In this document: positions 27,664-37,046 of the stretch, piece after piece
Position numbering within the stretch: position 1 is the first letter of the stretch
How the letters are laid out: each line of letters starts with the position of its first letter
The notes under the pieces: model-generated
Seen by the model: the letters and a program-made list of their open reading frames with translations, nothing else
What the model was told of the DNA's origin: nothing
The model's database searches: none
Source of the DNA: Anaerolineae bacterium
GTDB taxonomy: Bacteria; Chloroflexota; Anaerolineae; B4-G1; DUEL01
NCBI GenBank assembly: GCA_034435875.1
Contig: DAOTWL010000023.1
Span: forward strand, 1-57,402
Length of the DNA: 57,402 bases
Direction: 5' to 3'
Program-made: the position numbers and the translations under genes

Positions 27664-28965
27664 CTAATAACTCAAAGAAGCAGGACGCAGGAAAGATGGG
27701 CATCCTGCTTCCTGCATCCCGCATCCACTCCCGAGGATGCGCCAGATTTCCCGCAGGGTCGGGCGTTTGCCGTAGATGAGCAACCCCATCCGGAAGAGTT
27801 TGGCCCCGAACCAGAGCGCGGCCGGAATGGAGAGGAGCAGGGCACCGATGCTCCCGGCGACATCCACCCAGGGCACCTCCCCCAGTGGGACGCGCAGCAT
27901 CATCATCGTCGGCGCGGTAAGGGGGAAGAAACTGAGGGCCCGGGCCAGCGGCGCGTTCGGGTTGATCATCACGAAACTGGCCAGCATATAGGGGATGACG
28001 GCGATGAAGGAGAAAATGCCCGCCAGTTGCTGGCTCTCCCGCATCGTCGTCCCCAGCGCGCCCACACCCGCCATCAGGACAGCGTAGAGCAGATAACCCA
28101 GGAGATAGTAGACCACACCCAGGACGAAGACCCGCGCGGGGATGCCAATACGGCCCACCATGGCCAGGAGGCTCGCCATGCCGCCGGTGAAGCCCCAGGC
28201 GCTCGCCAGCCAGATGAGCACCTGGGTCAGCCCCACCGCGCCCAGACCCAGCACTTTCCCGGCCATCAGTTCGGTGGGGCGGACCGAGGAGATGATAATT
28301 TCCATGATACGGTTCTCCTTCTCCTCGGCGACGCTCTGGAGGAGGTAGCCGGAGGAGGAGAAAATGGTCATAATCAGGAAGACGGCCAGGAGGTAGGGGA
28401 CCAGGAAATTAAAAAACGTCCCCCCGCCTCGCTCCTGGCCCGTGCCGGAGATGATGCGGGATTGGAGCCTCTCCAGCGGGTCGGCAGCGCGGCGCCCGAA
28501 GGCCGGGTCCACCCGGCCCGCCAGCAGGTGGGTGATCAGAAAGTTTCGCACCCGCTCCGAATCCGCCAGCGCGGCCTCGCCGAAACTCTCTCGCGTCAAC
28601 GCGGTGACCTCTCCCGTCTCCAGGTAATCCTCGCTGATGACCCGCACAGCCTGGAGTTCGTCAGTGCGCAGCGCGGCTTCCGCCGCTTCCTGGCTCTCGT
28701 AGAGGATAAAGGACTCCTGGTACTCCGGCAGGATGGGGGTAAAGTACCCGGAGCGGTCCACGACGCCGATGGGCTTGCGGCCCACGTCAAACTGCCGCTC
28801 CAGCCAGTCCGCCCCAGCGTCGCCCCGGGGCAGCAGGAGCGCGGTGAGCACCAGGCCGATCACTCCCAGCGCCGGGACGATGGCCGTCATAATGATGAAT
28901 CCGGTCCGGCGGACGTTGGTCAGGTACTCATGCCGGGCGATGGTCCAGATTTTGCGCCAGTTCAT
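27664..28965 (-). CDS. ABC-2 type transporter permease (NatB-like)
   Basis: MNWRKIWTIARHEYLTNVRRTGF, then a large extracytoplasmic loop and 5 C-terminal TM helices. AGGAGGA lies before the ATG. Confidence 0.8.
   Translation of the reverse strand: MNWRKIWTIARHEYLTNVRRTGFIIMTAIVPALGVIGLVLTALLLPRGDAGADWLERQFDVGRKPIGVVDRSGYFTPILPEYQESFILYESQEAAEAALRTDELQAVRVISEDYLETGEVTALTRESFGEAALADSERVRNFLITHLLAGRVDPAFGRRAADPLERLQSRIISGTGQERGGGTFFNFLVPYLLAVFLIMTIFSSSGYLLQSVAEEKENRIMEIIISSVRPTELMAGKVLGLGAVGLTQVLIWLASAWGFTGGMASLLAMVGRIGIPARVFVLGVVYYLLGYLLYAVLMAGVGALGTTMRESQQLAGIFSFIAVIPYMLASFVMINPNAPLARALSFFPLTAPTMMMLRVPLGEVPWVDVAGSIGALLLSIPAALWFGAKLFRMGLLIYGKRPTLREIWRILGSGCGMQEAGCPSFLRPASLSY
27679..27730. repeat. 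short GCAGGA/TCCTGC heptamer hairpin (mini version of 51848-51988)
   Basis: AGCAGGACGCAGGA-aagatgggca-TCCTGCTTCCTGC, followed by atcccgcatcc. Overlaps the last codons of the permease ORF. Confidence 0.7.
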
Positions 28966-29470
28966 AGAATCCTCCTGTAGCCCACGATGAATCTTGCGCT
29001 ACGGTAACCACCTGGATGAAAATCTCCTCCAGCGGCACCGGGGCAACCTCAAAGGCCTGGACGTCCACGCCCCGGTCCACCAGGGCCCGGAGAACGTCGC
29101 GCGGGGCGGTCCCTTCGGCCAGGGAGAGGTCGTAGGCACCGTCTTTGGGCTCTATGGCGACGACGCCAGGCAGGCCAGCGGGGAGTTCCGGCGCCCGCAC
29201 CCGGATCGTATGGGGGGCAAATTGCCGCTTGATGTCCGCCAGTGGGCCGTAGAGGACCGACCGTCCCCGGTTGACCAGCAGGATGCGGTCGCAGAGGACC
29301 TCCACCAGGTTCATCTGGTGGGTGCTGAGGACGACGGTCTTCCCCTCCCGGCGCAGGTCGGCGATGACCCCCCTTGACCCGTTCCCCGTTGACCGGGTCC
29401 AGCCCCTGGAATGGCTCATCCAGGAAGACCAGGTCGGGATTGTGGTGAGGTTTTGAACCTGAAGAATCAT
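28928..29470 (-). pseudogene. ABC transporter ATP-binding gene remnant (internal deletion plus homopolymer frameshift)
   Basis: MILQVQNLT joins directly to an out-of-frame HNPDLVFLDEPFQGLDPVNGERVKG. A C6/G6 run at 29368-29373 shifts back to VIADLRREGKTVVLSTHQM... Walker A, Q-loop and signature motif are absent. Confidence 0.75.
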
Positions 29471-29482
29471 AGGACCCCTTGG

Positions 29483-29514
29483 GGAATGACCGAATGACAG
29501 AATGAGCAATAACG
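29483..29514. repeat. octanucleotide tandem repeat (GAATGAC-like) x4
   Basis: gaatgacc gaatgaca gaatgagc aataacgg, upstream of the ATPase remnant. Confidence 0.7.
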
Positions 29515-29608
29515 GGTTTTCACCGCAGAGGCGCGAAGGACACAGAGAGTCGGAACCGTTTCCGGCGCGCTCATATGAGGGTCAACCGGCGCCAATGGGT
29601 TTATCTGC

Positions 29609-30355
29609 CTACGGCGTCGGCGTCAGCGGGACGATGGTCACGGGCACCGTGGGCGGAGGCGGAGCGGGCGTCGGGGTCGGAGTCGCGATGGCCGGAACAA
29701 AGACGACGGCCCGAAAGCCGAAACTTTTGATAAAACCCTCCAGAAAAGAGCGAGCGTTCCGGTCCGCCGTCTCCAGGATGCCGTCGGCCAGGGCGGCCCG
29801 GAGGATTTCCTGCTCCGCTGCCTGCCGCGCGGCCGTCTCCAGGTCCGGCTTCAGCCCGAAAACCCCTGTCTCCCGGTCGTAAACGAAGGTCTTCTCGTTG
29901 TCCAGCCGGACGACGAAGACTTCCGCCGGAGGTAGAGTCAGCACCACCTGGTCATCGGCTGTCACCTTCACGTCTCCCTCCTGGACTTTCTCCAGGTCCA
30001 CGCCGGCGATGACCTGCCCATGGGCGACCAGAAGAAGTTTATCGCCGAAGAGGAAGGCCAGCGCTCCCTGCCCGGATTCGGCGGTGATGACCTTCTCAAC
30101 GGTGTAGACGACGGTTTCCAGCCGGCGGAGGCTCCGCACCTCCCGTACGATGGTCGCCGGACTGGGACGGATGGTGGGGGTGGGGTGGAGAAGTTCCCCC
30201 ACTTCCCGTTCCAGCGTCTCCCGGGCTTCTCCCAGCGGGTTCAGGCGCGCCCGAATATCCGGCGCCAGCCAGATGACCAGCGCGATCAGGGCGATCAGGA
30301 GCAGAACAATCACGGCAGTTGCACATCCGGAGCGAGAAGTCATGGTGTCCTCCAT
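29609..30355 (-). CDS. DUF4230-like membrane-anchored protein
   Basis: N-terminal TM segment. LETVVYTVEKVI..LLLVAHGQVIAGVDLEKV pattern. PT-rich C-terminus. Confidence 0.65.
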   Translation of the reverse strand: MEDTMTSRSGCATAVIVLLLIALIALVIWLAPDIRARLNPLGEARETLEREVGELLHPTPTIRPSPATIVREVRSLRRLETVVYTVEKVITAESGQGALAFLFGDKLLLVAHGQVIAGVDLEKVQEGDVKVTADDQVVLTLPPAEVFVVRLDNEKTFVYDRETGVFGLKPDLETAARQAAEQEILRAALADGILETADRNARSFLEGFIKSFGFRAVVFVPAIATPTPTPAPPPPTVPVTIVPLTPTP

Positions 30356-30437
30356 TTGTTGTCAACAACCGGTTCCGCACATATCCGCAGGGTGGGTGAA
30401 TTGTAACACGATTTATGCCTTGTGCAACATGCTCCAT

Positions 30438-30466
30438 TTGCCAAATCCCCCAAGTTGTGCTATAAC
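30438..30466 (+). promoter_or_regulatory. candidate sigma70-type promoter of the BMP-family binding-protein gene
   Basis: TTGCCA, 17 nt, TATAAC. A ~110-nt leader precedes AAGGAGGA and ATG 30586. Confidence 0.45.
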
Positions 30467-30585
30467 AAAAACGCATCCATTTTCCGAAAGGAGGTGACCC
30501 CTGGCTCAATTCTGCCACCATCAGCCGTTCTCTTCCGATTTCCCTGTCGATTGACCCACCCATCTTACCGAAGGAGGAAAGTGCC

Positions 30586-31785
30586 ATGTCCAAGCGTCTC
30601 TGGACTTCCCTCGTGCTCACTATTGTCATCGCCATGCTGCTGGTTGCCTGCCAGCCCAAAGCGACCCCCACCCCTGAGGGCCCCCAGTTGGGGAAACTGA
30701 AGGCCTGCTTCATCTACGTCGGCCCCATCGGCGACATCGGCTGGACCCACGCCCACGACCAGGGGCGCAAGATCGTGGAGGAGGCATTCCCCTGGCTGGA
30801 GACCGCCTACGCCGAGTCGGTGCCGGAGGCGGACGTGGAGCGGTTCCTGGACCGCTTCATCGTGGAGGAGAAGTGCGACGTTGTCTTCACCACCAGTTTC
30901 GGCTTCATGGATGGGACCCTGGCGGCGGCCCAGAAGTACCCGGATAAAATCTTCTTCCACTGCTCCGGCTACAAGCGGGCCCCCAACATGGGCACCTACA
31001 TGGCCGACTTCTACCAGGTCTACTACCTGAACGGGCTGATGGCCGGCGCGCTGACCAAGAGCGGCAAGGTGGGCTACGTGGCCGCCCATCCCATCCCGGA
31101 GGTGGTCCGCCACATCAACGCCTTCACCCTGGGCGTCCGGGAGGTGAACCCCAACGCCACGGTGGACGTCCGCTGGCTCTTCTCCTGGTACGACCCGGCC
31201 AAGGCCCGTCAGGCGGCCGAGGCGCTCATCGCCGAAGGGGTGGACGTCCTGGCCTTCACCGAGGACTCCCCCACCGTGGTGCAGGTGGCAGAGGAGTACA
31301 TGGACAAAGGGCAGCCCGTCTACGCCTTCGGCCACTACAGCCCGATGGCCCAGTTCGGCCCCAATTCTCTGGTCAGCGGCCAGTTGGTCCACTGGGAGCG
31401 CATCTACGAGGACATCCTGATGAAGGTCTACCTGGGCATCTACAACAACAAGAACCTGGAGAATGTGGACTACTGGTACATTCTGGGCCAGAAGGGAGTG
31501 GAGCTGGGAGGCGACTTCGGGGTCCCCATCAGCCCCAAGTTTGAAGAACCGCTCAAGGCCGTGAAGGTCACGGACCCGCTTCTGGGCGAGATCAGCGTCT
31601 ACGACCTGGTCTTCAAGCGGCTGGAGCAGATGACCGACCCGGCCGTCCTCTTTGATCCCTTCACCGGCCCCATTAAGGACCAGGCGGGCCAGGAGCGGGT
31701 GAAGCCGGGCCAGCGGCTCAGCCTCTTTGAACTGACCACGATTGACTGGTTCGTGGAAGGCAATATCGGCGAGTTGCCTCGCTGA
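30586..31785 (+). CDS. BMP-family (PnrA/Med-like) ABC substrate-binding lipoprotein
   Basis: Lipobox LLVAC. ACFIYVGPIGDIGWTHAHD and GYVAAHPIPEVVRHINAFTLG. Confidence 0.8.
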   Translation: MSKRLWTSLVLTIVIAMLLVACQPKATPTPEGPQLGKLKACFIYVGPIGDIGWTHAHDQGRKIVEEAFPWLETAYAESVPEADVERFLDRFIVEEKCDVVFTTSFGFMDGTLAAAQKYPDKIFFHCSGYKRAPNMGTYMADFYQVYYLNGLMAGALTKSGKVGYVAAHPIPEVVRHINAFTLGVREVNPNATVDVRWLFSWYDPAKARQAAEALIAEGVDVLAFTEDSPTVVQVAEEYMDKGQPVYAFGHYSPMAQFGPNSLVSGQLVHWERIYEDILMKVYLGIYNNKNLENVDYWYILGQKGVELGGDFGVPISPKFEEPLKAVKVTDPLLGEISVYDLVFKRLEQMTDPAVLFDPFTGPIKDQAGQERVKPGQRLSLFELTTIDWFVEGNIGELPR

Positions 31786-31850
31786 TCCACCGGAGAATCC
31801 TCCCCCAGGCAAAAACCTGGGGGAGGATTCGCGAACGGCAGGAGTGAATC

Positions 31851-32513
31851 GTGGCGTTGCTCTTTCTGGATACGGCTGACATCAATGAGGTCCGTCAGGC
31901 GGCGGCCTGGGGGATTCTGGACGGCGTCACCACCAACCCGACGCTGATGATGCGGGCCGGCACCGCCGACCTGAAGGCCACCACGCTGGAGATTGTGGAC
32001 ATCGTCCGGGGACCGGTCAGCGCCGAGGTCATTTCCACGGATGCCCCAGGGATGGTCGCCGAGGCGCGGGAGATTCTGGACTGGTCGGAGCATGTCTTCG
32101 TCAAAATCCCGTGCACGGTGGAGGGGTTGAAGGCGATGCGGGAGATTTCCCGCTGGCCCAACGGGCGGATCAACGCGACGCTCATCTTCTCCCCCGTTCA
32201 GGCCTACCTGGCCGCCAAGGCCGGCGCGACGTATGCTTCCATCTTCGTCGGGCGGATGGACGATGCCGGCCTGGACGGGATGGGGGTGGTCCGCCAGACG
32301 CGGGCGATTTTTGACCGCTACGGGTTCCCCTGCCGGGTGCTGGCCGCCAGTATCCGGCATCCGGCCCACGTGGTGGAGGCCCTGCTGGCCGGCGCCGACA
32401 TCATCACTGTCCCCTTCGGCGTCCTCCAGCAGATGGTCCGCAGTCCGTTCACCGATGTCGGCCTGGAGCGCTTCCTGGCCGACTGGCGGAAGGTGGCGGG
32501 GTCGGCAAAATAG
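31851..32513 (+). CDS. tal: transaldolase / fructose-6-phosphate aldolase family (short type)
   Basis: GTG start. LFLDTADINEV, GVTTNPTL, and VKIPCTVEGLKA (Schiff-base Lys). Confidence 0.88.
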   Translation: MALLFLDTADINEVRQAAAWGILDGVTTNPTLMMRAGTADLKATTLEIVDIVRGPVSAEVISTDAPGMVAEAREILDWSEHVFVKIPCTVEGLKAMREISRWPNGRINATLIFSPVQAYLAAKAGATYASIFVGRMDDAGLDGMGVVRQTRAIFDRYGFPCRVLAASIRHPAHVVEALLAGADIITVPFGVLQQMVRSPFTDVGLERFLADWRKVAGSAK

Positions 32514-32544
32514 GGCCTGGAGGCCGTCCGTGCCCCTGCCCCAA

Positions 32545-33312
32545 ATGGTCTCCATCCGGGATGTGCAGGTGGAGAGCCGCCGGGTGCGCACCTTCGTCCT
32601 GGATATGGCGCTCCCGGAGGCCCGGCCGGGGCAGTTTGTCATGCTCTGGCTCCCCGGCGTGGATGAAAAGCCCATCTCCATTGCCCACCCTGCTCCGCTG
32701 ACGCTCACCGTCGCCCGCGTTGGCCCGTTCACTACCGCGCTCCACCGGGTCCGGGACGGGGATAAAGTGGGGGTGCGCGGGCCGTTCGGCCGGGGGTTCC
32801 ACCTCCATCCGGACCGCCCCGCCCTGCTGATCGGCGGCGGCTACGGCGTGGCTCCGCTCTATTTTCTGGCCTGCCATGCCGTCCGGCAGGAAATACCCAC
32901 AACGGTCGTCGTGGGCGCCCGACGGGCCAACGACCTTATCTACGTGGAGCGCTTCCAGGCCCTGGGGGTGGAACTGGTGGTCGCCACCGACGATGGCTCC
33001 GCCGGGGAGCGGGGGACGGCTGTAGCCGCGGCGCTGAAGGCGGCGCGGCGCAGCCCGCCCCCTGCCGTCTATGCCTGCGGACCAGAACCGATGCTGGTGG
33101 CCGTCCTGCGCCTCTGCCAGGAGTACTCCCTGCCCGGCCAGTTGAGCGTGGAGCGGTATATGAAGTGCGGCTTCGGCATCTGCGGACAGTGCGCGCTGGA
33201 TGGGATGCTGGTCTGCCTGGATGGTCCCGTCTTCCCGGTGGAGCAACTGGCCGCCCTGACGGAGTTCGGCCGTTTCCGCCGCAATCCCACTGGCCGCCGG
33301 ATGCCGGTGTGA
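32545..33312 (+). CDS. PyrK-like FAD/[2Fe-2S] electron-transfer subunit
   Basis: ATG 32545 (alternative GTG 32530). [21 protein letters not shown], and C-terminal [10 protein letters not shown] cluster motif. No pyrD is adjacent. Confidence 0.7.
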   Translation: MVSIRDVQVESRRVRTFVLDMALPEARPGQFVMLWLPGVDEKPISIAHPAPLTLTVARVGPFTTALHRVRDGDKVGVRGPFGRGFHLHPDRPALLIGGGYGVAPLYFLACHAVRQEIPTTVVVGARRANDLIYVERFQALGVELVVATDDGSAGERGTAVAAALKAARRSPPPAVYACGPEPMLVAVLRLCQEYSLPGQLSVERYMKCGFGICGQCALDGMLVCLDGPVFPVEQLAALTEFGRFRRNPTGRRMPV

Positions 33313-33348
33313 TTTTCTCACCCGGAGACACAAAGACACAAAAGACGG

Positions 33349-33387
33349 GGCCTGGAGGCGGCGGCCGAAGGCCGCCGCCTCCAGGCC
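33349..33387 (+). terminator. GC-rich hairpin after the PyrK-like gene
   Basis: GGCCTGGAGGCGGCGGCC-gaa-GGCCGCCGCCTCCAGGCC, a perfect 18-bp stem. Confidence 0.6.
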
Positions 33388-33420
33388 CTCCCTCCAGGCC
33401 CCTTTTCCCTCCGCGCATTT

Positions 33421-33449
33421 TTGCAACCTCGCCCGTGGTATGGTATAAT
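33421..33449 (+). promoter_or_regulatory. near-consensus sigma70 promoter with extended -10
   Basis: TTGCAA, 17 nt (ending TGG), TATAAT. About 40 nt upstream of ATG 33492. Confidence 0.6.
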
Positions 33450-33491
33450 TTCCCCAAATACCGGTCGGATTCGCCTGCGGAGGAAGCAAGC

Positions 33492-34649
33492 ATGAGAATC
33501 GGAGTTCTGACTGGAGGGGGCGACGTCCCTGGACTGAATCCCTGCATCAAGGCACTGGTCTATCGGGCCGTGGATGAAGGCCACGAGGTGGTCGGCATCC
33601 GCCGGGGATGGGCCGGACTCCTCTACTACAACCCCGACGACCCATCTCCCCAGCCGGAGAACGCGATCCCCCTGGATAAGGCCATTGTCCGGACCATTGA
33701 CCGGACCGGCGGCACGTTTCTCCACACGTCCCGCACCAATCCCAGCCGGGTGGCGCCGGATAAGGCCCCGGCGTTCCTGAATCCGGAGCAGTTCCCGGTG
33801 GATAAAAACGGGACCGTGGACTTCACCTCCCACGTCCTGCGGGTACTGGAACACCTCAAGATAGACGTCCTGGTGCCCATCGGCGGTGAGGACACCCTGG
33901 GGTATGCGGCCCGAATCCATCGTGAGGGCTTTCCTATCGTTAGCATCCCCAAGACGATGGATAACGACGTCTTCGGTACCGACTACTGCATCGGCTTCTC
34001 CACCGCCGTTACCCGCAGTGTCCGCTTTATCCACCAACTCCGCTCCACCGCCGGCTCCCATGAACGCATCTGCGTGGTGGAACTCTTCGGCCGTCACTCC
34101 GGCGAGACCTCTCTGATCGCCGCCTATCTGGCCGGAGCCGACCGGGCTATCATCTCGGAAGTCCCCTTTGACATTGAGAAACTGGCCCGTCTGCTGATCA
34201 AGGACAAGTACGAGAACCCCAGCCGCTATGCCATCCTGACTATCTCCGAAGGGGCGCGCGAGATCGGGAAAGACGTCATCCAGTCCGGCGTCCCCGATCC
34301 CTACGGCCACAAGAAACTGGGCGGCATCGGTGCCGTGACCGCCAAGCGGCTGGAGCAGATGACCGGCGAGGGGACAATGTGCCAGGAACTGGCCTACCTG
34401 ATGCGCTCCGGCGAGCCCGACGCGCTGGACATTATGGTCGCCGTCAACTTCGCCAATACCGCGATGGACCTGATCCAGGAGAAGAAGTTCGGCCGGATGG
34501 TGGCCCTGCGGGAAGGACGGTACACCGATGTAGGTGCCGAATCGCCGACGCTGGGAGTCAAGCATGTGGATGTCCGGGCGCTGTACGATGTGGACGAGTA
34601 TCGCCCCAAAGTGATGCACGTTCACGGGAAGCCGATGTTTTTGTACTGA
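33492..34649 (+). CDS. pfp: 6-phosphofructokinase, PPi-dependent-type signature
   Basis: [19 protein letters not shown] (Asp at the E. coli PfkA-104 equivalent) and PKTMDND (Lys at the 124 equivalent). Confidence 0.8.
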   Translation: MRIGVLTGGGDVPGLNPCIKALVYRAVDEGHEVVGIRRGWAGLLYYNPDDPSPQPENAIPLDKAIVRTIDRTGGTFLHTSRTNPSRVAPDKAPAFLNPEQFPVDKNGTVDFTSHVLRVLEHLKIDVLVPIGGEDTLGYAARIHREGFPIVSIPKTMDNDVFGTDYCIGFSTAVTRSVRFIHQLRSTAGSHERICVVELFGRHSGETSLIAAYLAGADRAIISEVPFDIEKLARLLIKDKYENPSRYAILTISEGAREIGKDVIQSGVPDPYGHKKLGGIGAVTAKRLEQMTGEGTMCQELAYLMRSGEPDALDIMVAVNFANTAMDLIQEKKFGRMVALREGRYTDVGAESPTLGVKHVDVRALYDVDEYRPKVMHVHGKPMFLY

Positions 34650-34686
34650 AGCGTGAAACGTGAAGCATGAAGCGTGACGTGAAACG
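34647..34686. repeat. heptanucleotide tandem repeat (GTGAAAC/GTGAAGC) x6
   Basis: tgaagcg tgaaacg tgaagca tgaagcg tgacg tgaaacg, between the two pfk genes. Reverse complement of the 8021-8069 unit. Confidence 0.85.
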
Positions 34687-34709
34687 GGAGCAGAGGCGGG
34701 GAGGTGGAG

Positions 34710-35681
34710 ATGAAGCGGGTCGCGGTGCTGACCAGCGGCGGTGATGGGCCGGGGCTGAACCCCTGCATCCGCGCAGTGACCCGGATGGCCATCCATCTGG
34801 GGGCGGAGGTGATCGGAGTCCGGCGGGGATACCTGGGCCTGATCAACGGCGAGGTGGTGGAACTGGACCGGCGGGCCGTCGGGGGGATTATGGGCTACGG
34901 CGGCACCTTCCTGGGCACCGCCCGCTGTCCGGAATTCCAGACGGAGAAGGGACGCCGGGAGGCGCTGCGCACCCTCAACCGGCTGGACATAGACGGCCTG
35001 GTGGTCATCGGCGGCAATGGCTCCCTCACCGGCGCGCTGGAACTGCACCGCATGGGCTTCCCCGTCGTCGGCGTCCCCGCGACCATTGACAACGATGTGA
35101 ACGGCACCGACATCGCCATCGGCGTGGACACCGCGCTGAATACCATCCTGGACGCCATAGACCGCATCAAAGATACGGCCTCCTCCCACAACCGGGCCTT
35201 TCTGATTGAGACAATGGGGCGCAACTGCGGCTATCTGGCCCTGGCCAGCGGGGTGGCCGGCGGCGCCGAACAGGTGCTCATTCCGGAAGTGGAGACCCCG
35301 ATGGAGGAGGTCGCGCGGGTCATCGGCGACACGTATGTGCGAGGGAAGGCGCATTGCATCATCATCGTCGCCGAGGGGTGGAAGCCGGGCACCCAGGCTC
35401 TGGTGGACTATCTGAACAGCCGTCGGGAGGAACTGGGGTTTGAGATCCGCCTGACGGTCCTGGGACACATCCAGCGGGGCGGGCGGCCATCGGCCTTTGA
35501 CCGGCTGCTGGCAACCCGCCTGGGGGCGGCTGCCGCCGAGGCGTTGATCCGGGGGGAGCGCGGCGTGATGGTGGGGTGGCGCCACGACCGGGCCGTCACC
35601 ACACCGCTGGAGGAAGCGGTCGCGTTCTGCAAAGAGATCAATCTGGAACTCTGGAAACTGGCGGCGGTGATGGAAGTGTGA
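34710..35681 (+). CDS. pfkA: ATP-dependent 6-phosphofructokinase
   Basis: AVLTSGGDGPGLNP, GGNGS (Gly104 type), PATIDND, MGRNCGYLAL, GHIQRGG. Confidence 0.9.
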   Translation: MKRVAVLTSGGDGPGLNPCIRAVTRMAIHLGAEVIGVRRGYLGLINGEVVELDRRAVGGIMGYGGTFLGTARCPEFQTEKGRREALRTLNRLDIDGLVVIGGNGSLTGALELHRMGFPVVGVPATIDNDVNGTDIAIGVDTALNTILDAIDRIKDTASSHNRAFLIETMGRNCGYLALASGVAGGAEQVLIPEVETPMEEVARVIGDTYVRGKAHCIIIVAEGWKPGTQALVDYLNSRREELGFEIRLTVLGHIQRGGRPSAFDRLLATRLGAAAAEALIRGERGVMVGWRHDRAVTTPLEEAVAFCKEINLELWKLAAVMEV

Positions 35682-35701
35682 CTGCCGCCTGCTTCGGCAT
35701 A

Positions 35702-35743
35702 AACGGGCCGGGCACCTTGAGAAGTGCCTGGCCCGTTTTTTTT
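35702..35743. terminator. bidirectional intrinsic terminator
   Basis: AACGGGCCGGGCAC-cttgagaa-GTGCCTGGCCCGTT followed by T8. Preceded by AAA, so it is usable from the convergent DUF58 gene too. Confidence 0.75.
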
Positions 35744-36989
35744 ATCCGCCGCTGCTCAGGGCCACCGTCAGGTCAGCGCCGCAGGCTACCCGCAGGACGG
35801 GCACCCGCAGCGCGCGCAGCGCCGCCGCCAGTTCCTCCGTCCCGGGCGGGCCGCCGAAGGTGGCCGCGTCCAGCAGGACCACCACCGGCCGCAGCCCCCG
35901 GCGGACCAGTTGGTCTGCGGCCACCGCGACCTCCCGTCGGGTGGAGGGGGTAATCAGGACAACCGTGCTCCCGCGCGGGAGGTGGCGGGCCTGGACGCCC
36001 AGGAGTGCCGAAAAGGAGAGGTCGCCGTCGGCCCGAACCAGGGCCAGCGCCTCCAGCATCTTCCGCAGTTGCCGCCCGCCCCGGTCCGGCGGAAGGACCG
36101 TGAGCCCGGCCCCCTGGCAGACCAGCCCCACCGCCCGTCCCCGCCGCAGGAAGTACCGCCCCACCGAGGCGGCAATCGTCACCGCGTATTCTTCTGTGGA
36201 AGGCGGCAGGGTGACGGGGCCGAAGGGCCGCCAGAGGAGTTCGTCCGCCGGAGCGGCCGGGATGGAGGGAAGGGCGTGGTGGACGGCGCGCTCGGCGTCC
36301 ACGAACATCCAGACCTCCGCCAGGGGGTCCAGTTCAAACTCTTTGACGATGAGCCGGTCCCGGCGGGCCGTGCTGGGCCAGTGGATGCGGTTCAGGGGGT
36401 CGCCGGGGGCGTACTCCCGCACGCCGGCGGCGTTGGGGGTGATCTGGTGGGTCCGGCGGCGCAGCGCCTCCCCGCCGGGCAGGAGCCCCGGCGGCGAGGG
36501 GAACGACCGTACCTCCACCGTCATCGGGTAGACGACCAGGGTGGCCGTGGGGGGGAACTCTCGCCGGACCGGGAAGAGGCCGAAGGGGTCGCCGGAGCGG
36601 ATTTCGGTGGGGCCCAGGGGGAAGACGCCCCGCTGAGTTAAACGGAGACGCGCCCAATAGGGGTAAGCACTTTGCCCGCGAAGCATTGTTAATACCCGCG
36701 AGCTCCTTGTAACAGCAAGGGGCGACCGATCACGCACTTCCACCCACCATCGCGTCATACGGCCGGTGTTTTTAACTTCAAATCGCTCCTCAAGAATCTG
36801 CCCAACTTGAGCCCGGAAAATACGCGTCCGGCGACACACTTCTATTCCGCGCAATGCTGTCGCCGACCAGATGCGGCTGACCAGCAGGACCAGCGCCCAG
36901 AGATAGGTCAGATGGGCGTAGAGGGGGTTGCCGGTGAGGCCCAGGGCGAGGGCGCTGGCGGCGAAGAGTCCCAGGATGAGCCAGAGCAT
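35742..36989 (-). CDS. DUF58 domain protein (MoxR-associated, vWA-like)
   Basis: Two N-terminal TM helices. REYAPGDPLNRIHWPSTARRDRLIVKEFE motif. Confidence 0.8.
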   Translation of the reverse strand: MLWLILGLFAASALALGLTGNPLYAHLTYLWALVLLVSRIWSATALRGIEVCRRTRIFRAQVGQILEERFEVKNTGRMTRWWVEVRDRSPLAVTRSSRVLTMLRGQSAYPYWARLRLTQRGVFPLGPTEIRSGDPFGLFPVRREFPPTATLVVYPMTVEVRSFPSPPGLLPGGEALRRRTHQITPNAAGVREYAPGDPLNRIHWPSTARRDRLIVKEFELDPLAEVWMFVDAERAVHHALPSIPAAPADELLWRPFGPVTLPPSTEEYAVTIAASVGRYFLRRGRAVGLVCQGAGLTVLPPDRGGRQLRKMLEALALVRADGDLSFSALLGVQARHLPRGSTVVLITPSTRREVAVAADQLVRRGLRPVVVLLDAATFGGPPGTEELAAALRALRVPVLRVACGADLTVALSSGG

Positions 36990-36990
36990 A

Positions 36991-37046
36991 GCCGGAAGCC
37001 GATAGCCGTTAGCCGGTAGCCGATAGTCGGGAGTCGGTTGTCGGGA
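36991..37046. repeat. heptanucleotide tandem repeat (GCCGATA-like) x8
   Basis: gccggaa gccgata gccgtta gccggta gccgata gtcggga gtcggtt gtcggga. Spans the moxR-DUF58 junction and the last ~12 codons of moxR. Confidence 0.9.

Noticed and set aside
30467-30585. The ~110-nt leader of the BMP-family binding-protein gene considered as a purine or other riboswitch.
   Set aside because: I could not recognise any known riboswitch core, such as the purine three-way junction. Only weak hairpins are present. It is left as an unassigned leader.
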